Virus record (IMG/VR): IMGVR_UViG_2832928787_000001
Coordinates: 1 to 64,000 of that record
Direction: 5' to 3' (one strand)
Length of the DNA: 64,000 nucleotides
DNA from: a virus
Taxonomy: Duplodnaviria > Caudoviricetes
This document shows positions 9,539 to 19,209 of this stretch, in pieces; the first letter of the stretch is position 1; each line of letters begins with the position of its first letter. A model generated the notes under the pieces. That model had not been told where the DNA came from, ran no database searches, and saw only the letters and a list, made by a program, of their open reading frames with translations. A program made the translations under genes and the position numbers.

Positions 9539-10705
9539 TTATTCGCCGAGCACTTCGGTGATCCACTGGTTGGTCACCTCGACACGGAAGTTGGGGTTTT
9601 CAGCCGGCGGCACATCGGTGAAGCGGATGTTCCAGTACACGCGGCCCTCTTCCAGCTGGCTGGCGGTGTTCAGTTCCGGGTCAGGGAAACACTCGAAATT
9701 GATGACGGCGCCTGCACGTCGCAGATCACGCATGAACGCATTCAGGCCGTCAGTCACGTCCCGCACATAGGTTTTGGTGATGCCGCGGTCGACCGCCCAT
9801 TGGTGGCCGGCGAGGATCGCATCCATCACCATGTCGGTGGTGCGCACGCGGGTGACAAACGACCATTTCGGATCAGCCGACAGCGTGCGGTTACCCCACA
9901 GTCGGAAGCCGCCCTCGCGGATGATGGTGGTGACGTGGGCTTCGTTCAGCAGGTTGGCGCGGCAGGTCGCATCGCCGTACAGGTATTCGATCGGGCGCCC
10001 GGTGCCGATCACCTCGCTCAGTTCGCGGTTGGACGGACTGGCCCAGAATCCAACCTCGGCATCGGTTCGGGCGAACAGACCAGCGACGGCAGCCGAGGCC
10101 GGCACGTCGACCTCGGCATTGCTGGTGGTGTCCCACACCCGCACGCCGGGATCGACCAGGTACAGCCGTTTGCTGCCGAAATTTTTGGCATAGGCAATGG
10201 CGACATCGTCGTCCGTGTTCGGCCCGTCGATGATCGAGATGGCGCGCAACTTGTCGGCAATAACCTGACTCGATGCGGCCACCGCCTGAATCGAGCTGTG
10301 GCCCGGGCTGACCAGCAGCCGCGGGGCCAGATTCAGCAGCGATTTGGCATCCAGATGTGCCTGCATGCCGGTACGCGCGCCGCTGGCAGCAATGCCGCCG
10401 ATGATGGCGCTGGTCTGCGCTGCCGTGTCGGCCGCCTTCGCCACGCCGACCACCGAAACCGCCGCAGAGGATTGGGCAAAAATGCCTTTCAGCGCGCGGT
10501 AGATGGCACTGTCGTTGCCAAACGCAGCGGCACCCTCACGCAGCGTGGTGATTTTGACCGGCTTGTTCGGCTGGGCGAGGTCAGGGCCGGGGGTATAGGT
10601 GTCAGTCAGGCCAATGATCGACGACGACGGCAGCGCAATGGTGCGCGAGCCGGTATCGACCAGGGTAACGGTCACACCATGGTAAAAACTGCCGTTTCCG
10701 GGCAT
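9539..10705 (-). CDS. Tail sheath protein (P2 FI-like)
   Basis: FYHGVTV start, WASPSN, ANLLNE, GFRLWGNRT, VPPAE. Confidence 0.93.
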   Translation of the reverse strand: MPGNGSFYHGVTVTLVDTGSRTIALPSSSIIGLTDTYTPGPDLAQPNKPVKITTLREGAAAFGNDSAIYRALKGIFAQSSAAVSVVGVAKAADTAAQTSAIIGGIAASGARTGMQAHLDAKSLLNLAPRLLVSPGHSSIQAVAASSQVIADKLRAISIIDGPNTDDDVAIAYAKNFGSKRLYLVDPGVRVWDTTSNAEVDVPASAAVAGLFARTDAEVGFWASPSNRELSEVIGTGRPIEYLYGDATCRANLLNEAHVTTIIREGGFRLWGNRTLSADPKWSFVTRVRTTDMVMDAILAGHQWAVDRGITKTYVRDVTDGLNAFMRDLRRAGAVINFECFPDPELNTASQLEEGRVYWNIRFTDVPPAENPNFRVEVTNQWITEVLGE

Positions 10706-10764
10706 GGAATTCTCCGATGGAAAGAAAAACCCCGCACACGGCGGGGATGGATTCAGGACAACAG

Positions 10765-11184
10765 TCAGGCCGCCGGGTGCGGATCGCCACCGAACGCAGC
10801 CGGGCCGAATGCACGTACCGCGGCTGCATACAGCGCGGCACACCAGGCCGGCATGCCGGCTGCGCGCAACATGTCGTGGAACAGCGCCACGGTCGCGGCC
10901 CGGGTCACCGGCACATCGGCGGCGAACTGGCACAGCGCGTCATGCACCAGGCTCGGATAGAAGGTCGGCGGCCGGCCGTCGATGCCGGGCGGACCATCCG
11001 GCGTCCCGAGCCACAGACCGCCCGGCACACGCCAGGCGGGGCTGCAGCCGTCCCAGGCGTAACCGGCCGGAATGGTCAGCGCGCCGTCGCCAATCCGCAG
11101 CCACTCGTTGCAAAAGCAAATCCCCGCGAGGTGCGGGGATTTGAGGGTGTAGGCCGTATCGAGCCGATAGCGCCAGGTCACCAC
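10765..11184 (-). CDS. DUF1353-like phage protein
   Basis: GYAWDGCS and SLVHDALCQ motifs. Confidence 0.65.
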   Translation of the reverse strand: MVTWRYRLDTAYTLKSPHLAGICFCNEWLRIGDGALTIPAGYAWDGCSPAWRVPGGLWLGTPDGPPGIDGRPPTFYPSLVHDALCQFAADVPVTRAATVALFHDMLRAAGMPAWCAALYAAAVRAFGPAAFGGDPHPAA

Positions 11185-11747
11185 GTCACCTCCTGCACCT
11201 GATCCAGCGTCCCGGCGGCCGCAATGCGGTCCTCGGCGGCCTGGCGGCGGCCGATCAGCGCACCGGACGCCAGCGCATAGGCAGCGGCCTTGGCCTGCAC
11301 CCGCTCGGCCAGCACGGCCACGGTCAGCCCGCGTGCACCGGCAATCGCCGACAGCAGCGGCGTGTCGGCCCCGGCATCGTGCGCCAGCGCCTCAGCCTCG
11401 CGCACCTGCTGCGCCCAGCTGGTGACCTCGCCGTCCGGATAGCTGGCGGCCAGCGCGGCCAGTGCTGCGCTGCATGCGGCATTGATGCGTGCCAGTGCCG
11501 CCTGTCGAGCCGCATCGAGCAGCGCGTCGTCATCCGGCGCCAGCGCGAGCTGACCGAGGTACTCGGTATCGGCCATCGCGCAGGCCGGAATTTCCGGCGG
11601 CCGGCCGGCCGGGGTCACGGCGACAAAATAGCCGTCGGCACGGTAGTCGGTCGGCACCGTCCAGACATCAACGGTGGCCGGGGTGGCGAGATGCGGCAGG
11701 GGCAGCAGGGTCTCGCCGAGGATCAGGGTATGGTTTTCAATTTTCAT
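11178..11747 (-). CDS. Tail fibre assembly/chaperone-like protein
   Basis: YPDGEVTSWAQQ..EA and TPLLSAIA motifs; downstream of the fibre gene. Confidence 0.65.
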   Translation of the reverse strand: MKIENHTLILGETLLPLPHLATPATVDVWTVPTDYRADGYFVAVTPAGRPPEIPACAMADTEYLGQLALAPDDDALLDAARQAALARINAACSAALAALAASYPDGEVTSWAQQVREAEALAHDAGADTPLLSAIAGARGLTVAVLAERVQAKAAAYALASGALIGRRQAAEDRIAAAGTLDQVQEVTW

Positions 11748-11749
11748 GA

Positions 11750-14296
11750 TTACACCTTTGCGAGGCGGGTGCCGGCGAGCCCCGTCACCATCGATTCAGG
11801 GTCGGTGATGCTGAGGTAGAACAGGCCATCACCCGCGCCGCCGCGGGCATGGCCACCGTGATAGGCGATGCAGCCGGAATTTTGGTAGAAGAGGTCTCCA
11901 GAGCTGCCGTTGGCAGCCAGCTCGTCTCCGGTAGCTGGTAAAAAACAGATCGACAGGTCATGGAGGGCACCACTGTCGATTGAGAATGTGGCTGGATAGG
12001 TTCCACTGCGTGGTGCGGTCTGACCGGTAGTCTGATAGGTTTTGTTACCGTTTCTGTCCCAGACCATGTATCTGGAATTCGCGTCGGTCCGAAGGCCGTC
12101 GACTATCTGCCAGATGTTGCCCCACAGGCCCACGATGCCACGCCAAGTTGCCTGTGCCACGAGAGAATTATCGACTGCCTGTGTGGCCATTTCGTTGACG
12201 CAACCTTGACCGATCAGGGATTGGCTGTCAGCGCCCCCCATTTCGATCAGAGCCAGCAACTGGATCGCCGCAAGCTGGTAGATATTCCACAGACCAAATC
12301 CGGTTACACCTCCTGTGTTACGTGCTACGGCCATGGCCTTCAGGGTCAGGAAGGCGATGGCCACCGCCGGCGCCACGCCAGCGACCGAGCCGAGCTTGGT
12401 ACCGCGGTCGCCAGTGCCCTGATACTTGCCGACCCAGAACTGCGCGACCGGCGCCCCATCGACCATGAATGCCGGGTGCAGCGTGTAACCGGGCAGCGGC
12501 TGGTCCGAAATCGACCAGAATCGACGCCCTGCATACGGCCCGGCCGCCAGTGTGCCCGCCTTCACATAGAACGCCGGGATGCGGACCATCGCCTGCCCGT
12601 CGATCGTCACGTCGCTGACGGCGCCATAGATCGGGTGCGTATTAAAAAACGACGCATCCGTGACCCGGTCATTGCCGTTCTCGTCGATCCGCCGCCAGGT
12701 CCCGGCTCCGCCGCCGGTCTGGGCCAGCACGATGCCGATCACGTTGGCAAATTGCGCCTTGGTAGTCACGCGCACCTCATTCGACCAGTCCGACCAGCCC
12801 TTGGCTGCCCCCTGGTGGCGCACGCGCAGGAAATAGCTGTTCTGTCCGGGCTGCAGTTTGCCGGCCGGCACCACAACCGACGTTTTGTTGACGGTATCGG
12901 TCCCGCTGTCCCAGACCGGCGCCGCATAGCTGCCGGCCGCACTGCGGATCTGCCACTGGCTCGCCGCATGGGTGTCGGTCGCGCCCGACACGGCGAACGG
13001 GCTCGATGCCAGCGTCGGCTGTTCGGGGATGTCGACCGCGTTCATGGCCGGGCCGGTCAGCGTCGGCGTGGCGACGTAGACGAACGACGCGGCGGTGGTG
13101 AACGCGCTGGCGGCCGACCAGTCCGACCACAGGCCGGCCACGTCACGTACACGGGCGCGCACCTGATAGGTTTTACCGACTGCCAGCACGCCGGCCGGCA
13201 GCGGGTAGGACAGCCCGGCTGGCAGTTCGCCGGCGTCGTGCAGCACCGCCGCAAAATCCGCCGTCGCCGACACCTGGAACTGCACCGCCGCCTGGGCATT
13301 TCCGGCCGGGCTGCTGTAGCCGGCAAGCGCCAGCGTCGGCCGCTCCATGATGCTGGTGGCAGCAGCAGCTGGCACGCTGAGGGTTGGGGTATTGGGGCGC
13401 TGGGCCGGGTTGATGAACCCGCCGAGGCCGGTCGGCGCACCGAGCGCGACCAGATGGTGAATCGTCATCGGCTCGCCGGTGATGTCGAGGCGCAGCGCGC
13501 CATCGCCACGCATCGGCAGCATGTATTCGTAGTCGGCAAATCCAGCCGGCACGCCATCGCCCTGGCGGCGCACCGACCAGCCGCACTCGCGCCAGGCCGT
13601 CTGGTACGCATCGCGGTAGTAGAGCCGCGCCTCGCCGGCATTCAGCGTGCGGCGCAGCACGACGGCACCGCCGTCGAGGTCGGTGCCGATATTGACTGGG
13701 CGGCTCAGGTAGAGGTCGCCGACGGCGGCCACCGCGTTTGCGGCACCGCGCACGTCGAGGCTCGACCGCGACAGGGTCGCGCCGGCCGTCCAGTCGCGGC
13801 CGAGATTCGCGCTCAGGCGCAGGCGGGTCGCCGACAGGATGGCCGATACCCGGACCAGCGCCACGGCGTCGCCATCGGCGAGCACATAGTCGTCGCCGAC
13901 GCGCAGCCCGGCGGTGCTGGCCACATCGAGCGAGTCGTCACCATTGACACCACCGGTCACCGGGACCGGCGCGAGGTCGATCAGCGTATAGCCGGGGGTG
14001 AACAACTCGAATGCGACGCGGTTGCCGCGATACAGCCAGTCGAGACTGACCGCGCGCTGGACAGCCACGCTGCTGGTCGCCTCGACGCCCGACACGCGCG
14101 CATCGAGCTCGCCGACGCGGGTGTCCGTGCTGTCGCTCAGCGACGCCAGGGTGGCATTCAGATAGGCGTCGTTGTCGAGCAGCGCCTGATGGGTCGGATT
14201 CCAGGTATCCGGGTGGGCGACGCTGCTGGTGGTCAGCGCCGGCAGCGAGGTCGTCAGCGCCGGGGCGTCGGACGGGGTCAGCGTGGTCTGGGTCAT
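11750..14296 (-). CDS. Tail fibre/receptor-binding protein with Fn3-like repeats and C-terminal C-type-lectin (Mtd/FGE-like) domain
   Basis: Two YQVRARVR..WSDWS repeats; WRGIVGLWGNIWQIVDG and GG...GLFYL...GTRL. Confidence 0.75.
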   Translation of the reverse strand: MTQTTLTPSDAPALTTSLPALTTSSVAHPDTWNPTHQALLDNDAYLNATLASLSDSTDTRVGELDARVSGVEATSSVAVQRAVSLDWLYRGNRVAFELFTPGYTLIDLAPVPVTGGVNGDDSLDVASTAGLRVGDDYVLADGDAVALVRVSAILSATRLRLSANLGRDWTAGATLSRSSLDVRGAANAVAAVGDLYLSRPVNIGTDLDGGAVVLRRTLNAGEARLYYRDAYQTAWRECGWSVRRQGDGVPAGFADYEYMLPMRGDGALRLDITGEPMTIHHLVALGAPTGLGGFINPAQRPNTPTLSVPAAAATSIMERPTLALAGYSSPAGNAQAAVQFQVSATADFAAVLHDAGELPAGLSYPLPAGVLAVGKTYQVRARVRDVAGLWSDWSAASAFTTAASFVYVATPTLTGPAMNAVDIPEQPTLASSPFAVSGATDTHAASQWQIRSAAGSYAAPVWDSGTDTVNKTSVVVPAGKLQPGQNSYFLRVRHQGAAKGWSDWSNEVRVTTKAQFANVIGIVLAQTGGGAGTWRRIDENGNDRVTDASFFNTHPIYGAVSDVTIDGQAMVRIPAFYVKAGTLAAGPYAGRRFWSISDQPLPGYTLHPAFMVDGAPVAQFWVGKYQGTGDRGTKLGSVAGVAPAVAIAFLTLKAMAVARNTGGVTGFGLWNIYQLAAIQLLALIEMGGADSQSLIGQGCVNEMATQAVDNSLVAQATWRGIVGLWGNIWQIVDGLRTDANSRYMVWDRNGNKTYQTTGQTAPRSGTYPATFSIDSGALHDLSICFLPATGDELAANGSSGDLFYQNSGCIAYHGGHARGGAGDGLFYLSITDPESMVTGLAGTRLAKV

Positions 14297-14304
14297 GGTG
14301 CCTC

Positions 14305-14667
14305 TCAGTATTCAAAAACGAGTTCGACCTCGAACTCGGTGTCGGGCTCGAACGATTTGGGGGCCAGCACGCGGCGGCCCATCAGCGTGCCGTCGGCGGT
14401 GAACACGCCGACCTCGCGCAGTGTGTTGCCGCCGGCCGCCTCGCCGGTCAGGACGCCGGACGCGATCAGCGTCGGGCCGTCGACCTGTGTCGTGACCGGT
14501 ACGCGCACGAACTCGTCGCCGAGCGCGACATCAGTTTCCGGTGCATACGGTCGGTCGCTGCGGCCGAATGCCATGAATGCCACCGGGGAAATGGTTCCAC
14601 CGCTGGCCGCAGCCTGCGCGACCTGGTGCCGGTACGTGTGCGAAACAGCGATAGCCTGTTGAGCCAT
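14305..14667 (-). CDS. Tail-collar/fibre N-terminal-like protein
   Basis: MAFG, LREVGVFTADGTL, PKSFE. Confidence 0.65.
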   Translation of the reverse strand: MAQQAIAVSHTYRHQVAQAAASGGTISPVAFMAFGRSDRPYAPETDVALGDEFVRVPVTTQVDGPTLIASGVLTGEAAGGNTLREVGVFTADGTLMGRRVLAPKSFEPDTEFEVELVFEY

Positions 14668-15779
14668 CAGATGGCCTCCGTGATAGTGATGCCATTACGG
14701 CGAATGGTCAGGGTGCCGGTGAACCACAGCCCCGGCTGGCCGGTCTCACCGCCGAGCAGCCACGTGCCGTTGAGCCGTGGCGCCGCGATGCGGTCCAGTG
14801 TGGCGTCGCCCAGCGAGCGGCCACTGGCGAGCGTCCAGCCGTCGCCGAGCGTGGATTCGGACAGTCGGGCGCGGCCGTTGAGCCGGGCGAACCTGCCGCC
14901 GAGCGTGACCGTGCGTGTGCGCGACCCGCCGAGGCTGGAGCGAATACGCTGGCGCAGGCGGGTGCGCAGCGACATCGCGCCGGCATTGAGCGGCCGGCCG
15001 GTCGGTGTGCGTCCGTGCAGGCGGCGGCCGTCGAGCGGCCAGCCGGCCAGCATCAGCGGGGCGTCGTCGCCATCGAGCAGCCAGCAGCCGTCGAGCGTCG
15101 TGCGGTTGTGCGCACTCAGACGCCGGCAGCGGTCGAGGCGGGTATGCACGCGGCCGCGATAGCCGGTCAGGCGGATGCGAGCGTCGAATGCCAGCCGGAC
15201 CGCTGTGATCAGGGCGACCAGCCGCGACCGCACCGGCGCATAACGCGCGGCGGTGGCGCGGATGCGGCGCTGCTGCTCGCGCGTCCACTCGCCATCGGCG
15301 ACGTTGAGGCGGATCGAGTAGTCGGCCCAGTGCGCCAGCGCCCGGCGTCTCAGCGTCGGCCCCGCCCCGTCGGGCGGATCAAGCGTCAGCGTGCCGTCGG
15401 TCAGCCAACTGCCGTCCAGCATGCGACCGCCGGCGGCCAGCCAGTCGGCCTGCCACTGGTGCTGCTCGATCAGGTCCAGCACCGGGTAGCCGATGGTCGC
15501 CAGTGCGGTTTTGACCGACCACACGGTGCCTTTGCGCCGATGCAGCAGGATGCTGGTGCGCACCATGTCGCGCTGTACCGGCTCAGGCCAGTGATCGTCC
15601 CATTCGTCGACGGACAGCGCCCAGGCCAGCCACGGCAGCAGCGGGGCCGGACACAGGTCCGCGCTCCACAGTGTGGCGATCGGACCGGGGTCCACGTCGA
15701 GGGCCGCGGCATCCGCCAGCGCCGACTCCAGCACCGTACGATTCGGCGGCAGCAGGCCGGACAGCGCGCGTTCAGTCAT
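14667..15779 (-). CDS. P2 GpI-like tail protein with LDG-W repeat extension
   Basis: LLPPNRT, LLPWLAWALSVDEW, HRRKGT; repeated LDGxWxLDG. Confidence 0.85.
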   Translation of the reverse strand: MTERALSGLLPPNRTVLESALADAAALDVDPGPIATLWSADLCPAPLLPWLAWALSVDEWDDHWPEPVQRDMVRTSILLHRRKGTVWSVKTALATIGYPVLDLIEQHQWQADWLAAGGRMLDGSWLTDGTLTLDPPDGAGPTLRRRALAHWADYSIRLNVADGEWTREQQRRIRATAARYAPVRSRLVALITAVRLAFDARIRLTGYRGRVHTRLDRCRRLSAHNRTTLDGCWLLDGDDAPLMLAGWPLDGRRLHGRTPTGRPLNAGAMSLRTRLRQRIRSSLGGSRTRTVTLGGRFARLNGRARLSESTLGDGWTLASGRSLGDATLDRIAAPRLNGTWLLGGETGQPGLWFTGTLTIRRNGITITEAI

Positions 15780-16665
15780 CGTGCTGCTCCACCCGGACCG
15801 TCACCGCCGTGCAGTACGCGGCCTCGGTACGGTCCAGGTCGATAGTGGCTGTTGGCAAGAGCAGATCCACCCGGCTGACACCGGGCTGGTGCAGCGCCGC
15901 ATACAACGCCGACGTCGTGATCGACCGGCCCAGCGTGCGCCCATAGTCCTGCTCGGCGCGTACATAGCGCCACACTGCACGTTCGGCTTCCTCGCGGACC
16001 ACAGAGGCGGTCGGCCCGTCCTCAACATGCAAAACCGCCTCGACCGCGAACCGTACAATGCTGGCAGCCTGTACGCGAACATCATCGTTCAGGGGCCGGC
16101 GCTCGTCGGCCGACAGGTAGTCGCCCACAGTAGCCAGCAGCGCAGCATCGGCCTCGCCCTCTCCGGTGGTCGACAGCACGGTTACCCGCACCACCCCCGG
16201 TTCCGGCCGGTCGACCCAGGCATCGCGTACGCGTCCTGATGCAGACAGGGCATGAAATCGGTAGGCATCGCGCGGGCCGGCTGCAGCCATGCCCTCTGGC
16301 GCCATCTGAGTGCGGTAGCGCAGGCGGTCATCCAATTCGGAAACCGCCTCGACCGGTGGATCAGCCTCCGGGTCGGCGGGGGTCACCAGCAGACGCTGGG
16401 TGCCGAGCAGAGCTGACAAATGGTCAAGGTCTCTGCCATTGGCGTAGGCGAGCATGACGGATCGGGCCGCATCATTGACCCGGGCGCGATACATCATTTC
16501 GTCGTAGGCCGACAGTTCAAGCAACTTAACCACCGGGTCAGATTCGAGCGCAGCGCTCCAATCCGGATACAGGCGCTGGAATCGCGTCAGTTTGCCCGCA
16601 TAGATGGACTCGTAATCGAGTGCCTCCAGCACGTCGGGTGGAGGCAGTTTGGTTAAATCGATCAT
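15772..16665 (-). CDS. Baseplate J
   Basis: IDLTKLPPPDVLE, LESDPVVKLLE, AGPRDAY.FHA, RPLND. Confidence 0.93.
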   Translation of the reverse strand: MIDLTKLPPPDVLEALDYESIYAGKLTRFQRLYPDWSAALESDPVVKLLELSAYDEMMYRARVNDAARSVMLAYANGRDLDHLSALLGTQRLLVTPADPEADPPVEAVSELDDRLRYRTQMAPEGMAAAGPRDAYRFHALSASGRVRDAWVDRPEPGVVRVTVLSTTGEGEADAALLATVGDYLSADERRPLNDDVRVQAASIVRFAVEAVLHVEDGPTASVVREEAERAVWRYVRAEQDYGRTLGRSITTSALYAALHQPGVSRVDLLLPTATIDLDRTEAAYCTAVTVRVEQHDD

Positions 16666-16994
16666 GCAGTCAGCTCCAGAATCAATGCCTCGCCCTGGTA
16701 TTCACCGGCCAGTCGCAGGCTGATGCAGCCATCGACGACAGCCGCGATGGTCACCTGCTGCAGCCTCAGCCGTGGTTCCCAACGGCCGATGACGCGAGCA
16801 CATTCGGCCTGGGCTGCAGAGATCCAGCCGGCAGTAACCGGCTGGTCGACCATGCGCGGCAGTCGGCTACCGTATTCAGGGCGCATCCGTCGCGAGCCCA
16901 GCGGGGTGGTCAGGATGTCGGTGATGGACTGGCGCAGATGGTCGATGCCGCTGACCAACCGACCGGTATCACGGCGCATGCCGGTCAGCGCCAT
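16662..16994 (-). CDS. Baseplate W (gp25-like)
   Basis: HLRQSITDILTTPLGSR.MRPEYGS, WEPR. Confidence 0.93.
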   Translation of the reverse strand: MALTGMRRDTGRLVSGIDHLRQSITDILTTPLGSRRMRPEYGSRLPRMVDQPVTAGWISAAQAECARVIGRWEPRLRLQQVTIAAVVDGCISLRLAGEYQGEALILELTA

Positions 16995-16996
16995 GG

Positions 16997-17203
16997 TTAG
17001 ACCTCGGCGGTCGGTTCAGCCGGGACAGCGTTCGGCGGCTGGCGCTCGAATTCGCTGTTCTGACTCAGGAAAGCGATCAGCGCCGGGTCGCTGGCCTCGA
17101 TGCGGCTGCGCTCGACGGCGAAGGTGCGGCCGTCGGTCAGCACCAGCGTGCGCGAGCGGTAGGCCAGGTCGCGGAACACAGCGGGGGTGTCGGGTCTTGC
17201 CAT
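16997..17203 (-). CDS. Small hypothetical tail-region protein
   Basis: FRDLAYRSRTLVL ORF with GGAG RBS between gpV and gpW. Confidence 0.6.
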   Translation of the reverse strand: MARPDTPAVFRDLAYRSRTLVLTDGRTFAVERSRIEASDPALIAFLSQNSEFERQPPNAVPAEPTAEV

Positions 17204-17246
17204 GGAAATCTCCAAAGAATGAACCCCGCGCGAGGCGGGGTTCCGG

Positions 17247-17867
17247 TTACTGTGCGGCGCTGGTCGGGGCGCCGTCGCCCTGTTCGATGTGGTGATGCTG
17301 CTGCAGGCTGATGCCGCCGGCGGTGACGTCGCCGCTGGCATTGACGTCGCCAGCAAAGGTCGCCGATCCGCCGCCCGCGGCACCCTGGGACAGGGCGCCG
17401 CCGATTTTCAGGTTGCCGGTAATCTCTGCCTCCGGCGTGTCGAGCAGCACCCGGGCGGATTTCACCGTCACGCTGTCGGCCGCATTGATGGTGGCGGTTT
17501 TGCAGCCATCGAGCAGCGCGGCGCCGGCCGCATGGTCGTACTCGATCACGGCACCGTCCGGCATCAGCCAGCTGACCACGTCCGGCCGGTCGTCGCTGCC
17601 GAGCGCATCGGTGTAGAAACCGACCAGCGCAAAGCCCTGCGCCGGCTCACCGGACGGGCACAGCAGAATCGCCTGTTCGCCGACGCTCGGTGGCCGCCAG
17701 TGCCGGACCTTGCCGGCCGCCAGCGCCAGCCACGGCACCCAGCCAGAAGTCCATCCGTCGCCATCGCCGACCCGTACCCGGGGCGGTTTCAGCTGCACCG
17801 CCTCGACGCTGCCAGGCTGGATCAGCCCGGACAGCATGCGGTCCATTTCGGACAGTGCGTAGCTCAT
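17247..17867 (-). CDS. Baseplate spike V
   Basis: WRPPSVGEQ, DGAVIEYD, C-terminal ISLQQHHH. Confidence 0.92.
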   Translation of the reverse strand: MSYALSEMDRMLSGLIQPGSVEAVQLKPPRVRVGDGDGWTSGWVPWLALAAGKVRHWRPPSVGEQAILLCPSGEPAQGFALVGFYTDALGSDDRPDVVSWLMPDGAVIEYDHAAGAALLDGCKTATINAADSVTVKSARVLLDTPEAEITGNLKIGGALSQGAAGGGSATFAGDVNASGDVTAGGISLQQHHHIEQGDGAPTSAAQ

Positions 17868-18352
17868 GGCGCAGGCACCTGATCGCCGTTGACGTTCCAG
17901 CTCACCGCCCGCGGTACGACGGCCGGCACGGTGATGTCATCCGCTTCGCCGACATGAATTTCATGGGTCCATGCGATCATCCAGACGCTGTATCCCTCCA
18001 GCGCAGCCTTGAAGCCGTCCGGGCCGATGTCGCCAAGTTTTGCCGGACCGACCGGCTGGTCCCAGGTCTGGAAGTGGATGCGGGCGGCGAGCGCTGCCGC
18101 CATGGCCGGCAGCAGGCGGTCGCAATCCACCTCGTTCGGGTCCATCACCAGCCGCGCCTCGAAGCGCGCGAGCAGCGCCAGCTGGCTGTTGCCGGGCGGT
18201 GCATCGTCGTCGAAGCCGCTGAGTTCCAGCGCCAGCATCGGCAGCGATACCCGCTCGCCATCATCCAGTTGCGGGTAGAAACGGACATCGATGTCCGGCA
18301 GCATGGCTGCCAGTTGCGTTTCGATCGCGGTGTGCAGGTCGTCAATAATCAT
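17864..18352 (-). CDS. Tail terminator/completion-like protein
   Basis: Position between neck and baseplate genes; RFEARL and YSVWMIAW. Confidence 0.6.
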   Translation of the reverse strand: MIIDDLHTAIETQLAAMLPDIDVRFYPQLDDGERVSLPMLALELSGFDDDAPPGNSQLALLARFEARLVMDPNEVDCDRLLPAMAAALAARIHFQTWDQPVGPAKLGDIGPDGFKAALEGYSVWMIAWTHEIHVGEADDITVPAVVPRAVSWNVNGDQVPAP

Positions 18353-18900
18353 CGTGCGCGCCCCAGCATTTTTTCGACTTCGTAGTTGAGTTCCTGCCGC
18401 ATCAGTTCCTGCAGGCGGCCGGGGATCTGGTCGACGATCTGGTTGAAAGCGTCATTGGCGGCCGCTTCGATTTCGATCTTTTCCCGCTGGAACGGCAGTC
18501 TTTTCCGGGTTGTCCGGCTGTAGAGTTTTCCTTTGAACTTCGGGTTAATCGTCGGCACAAAGGCCCCCGGGAAATAAAAGTCCTTGACCCAATAGCCGCC
18601 CGCATCTTTCCTGGGCTTTGCCAGCGTGTCGGCGTTGATCGCATCAATACCAAACCAGACTTTGACAGCCGGGCCACCGCCTTCACCGTTGCGCCAGTTT
18701 TTGTTGTACAGCCTGATGCGGTGAATGATGACCTTGCGCCGGATGTCATGATCGCGCAGCCGTCTGAGCAGGTGCGTACGCACCCACAACGCGGTCTTGC
18801 GCACAGCACGCCGGGTCGCGGCCAGCAGCGCGGCGGGGGTCAGGCGCCGGCTCAGCAAGCCGAACGCGGCATCGTCAAAGTCGATCTTGACGTCGATCAT
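18349..18900 (-). CDS. Tail completion protein (gpZ-like)
   Basis: Basic ORF, RRAVRKTA.W, FPGAF, RLP, QELNY. Confidence 0.6.
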   Translation of the reverse strand: MIDVKIDFDDAAFGLLSRRLTPAALLAATRRAVRKTALWVRTHLLRRLRDHDIRRKVIIHRIRLYNKNWRNGEGGGPAVKVWFGIDAINADTLAKPRKDAGGYWVKDFYFPGAFVPTINPKFKGKLYSRTTRKRLPFQREKIEIEAAANDAFNQIVDQIPGRLQELMRQELNYEVEKMLGRAR

Positions 18901-19208
18901 CGCGTTTCCCTCTTCGGCCGGCGCAGCACCAGCACCGTATCCCCGGTGCCGTCCGGCTCGATATTGACCACCACGAATTCCCCCTCGCCCGGCACTTCAA
19001 CCAGCATGTCCCTGGCCACGCTGACTGCGTCCGCATCGCGGACAGTCAGCATCGGCTCTCGGAGGCTGGTGTTCAGCCTGCCCATCTGCGGTTGCAGCCA
19101 CGGTGCGGCGAACATGCCGCGCACCGGGCGGCCGTCGATCCGGACCGCATCGCCGAGCCGGTTGAAGATTTCCCGGTCCATGCGGTCGCTCAGTGCGCGG
19201 AAGTCCAT
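18897..19208 (-). CDS. Head-tail joining protein (gpFII-like)
   Basis: GMFAAPW, EPDGTG; follows the capsid gene. Confidence 0.7.
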   Translation of the reverse strand: MDFRALSDRMDREIFNRLGDAVRIDGRPVRGMFAAPWLQPQMGRLNTSLREPMLTVRDADAVSVARDMLVEVPGEGEFVVVNIEPDGTGDTVLVLRRPKRETR

Positions 19209-19209
19209 A

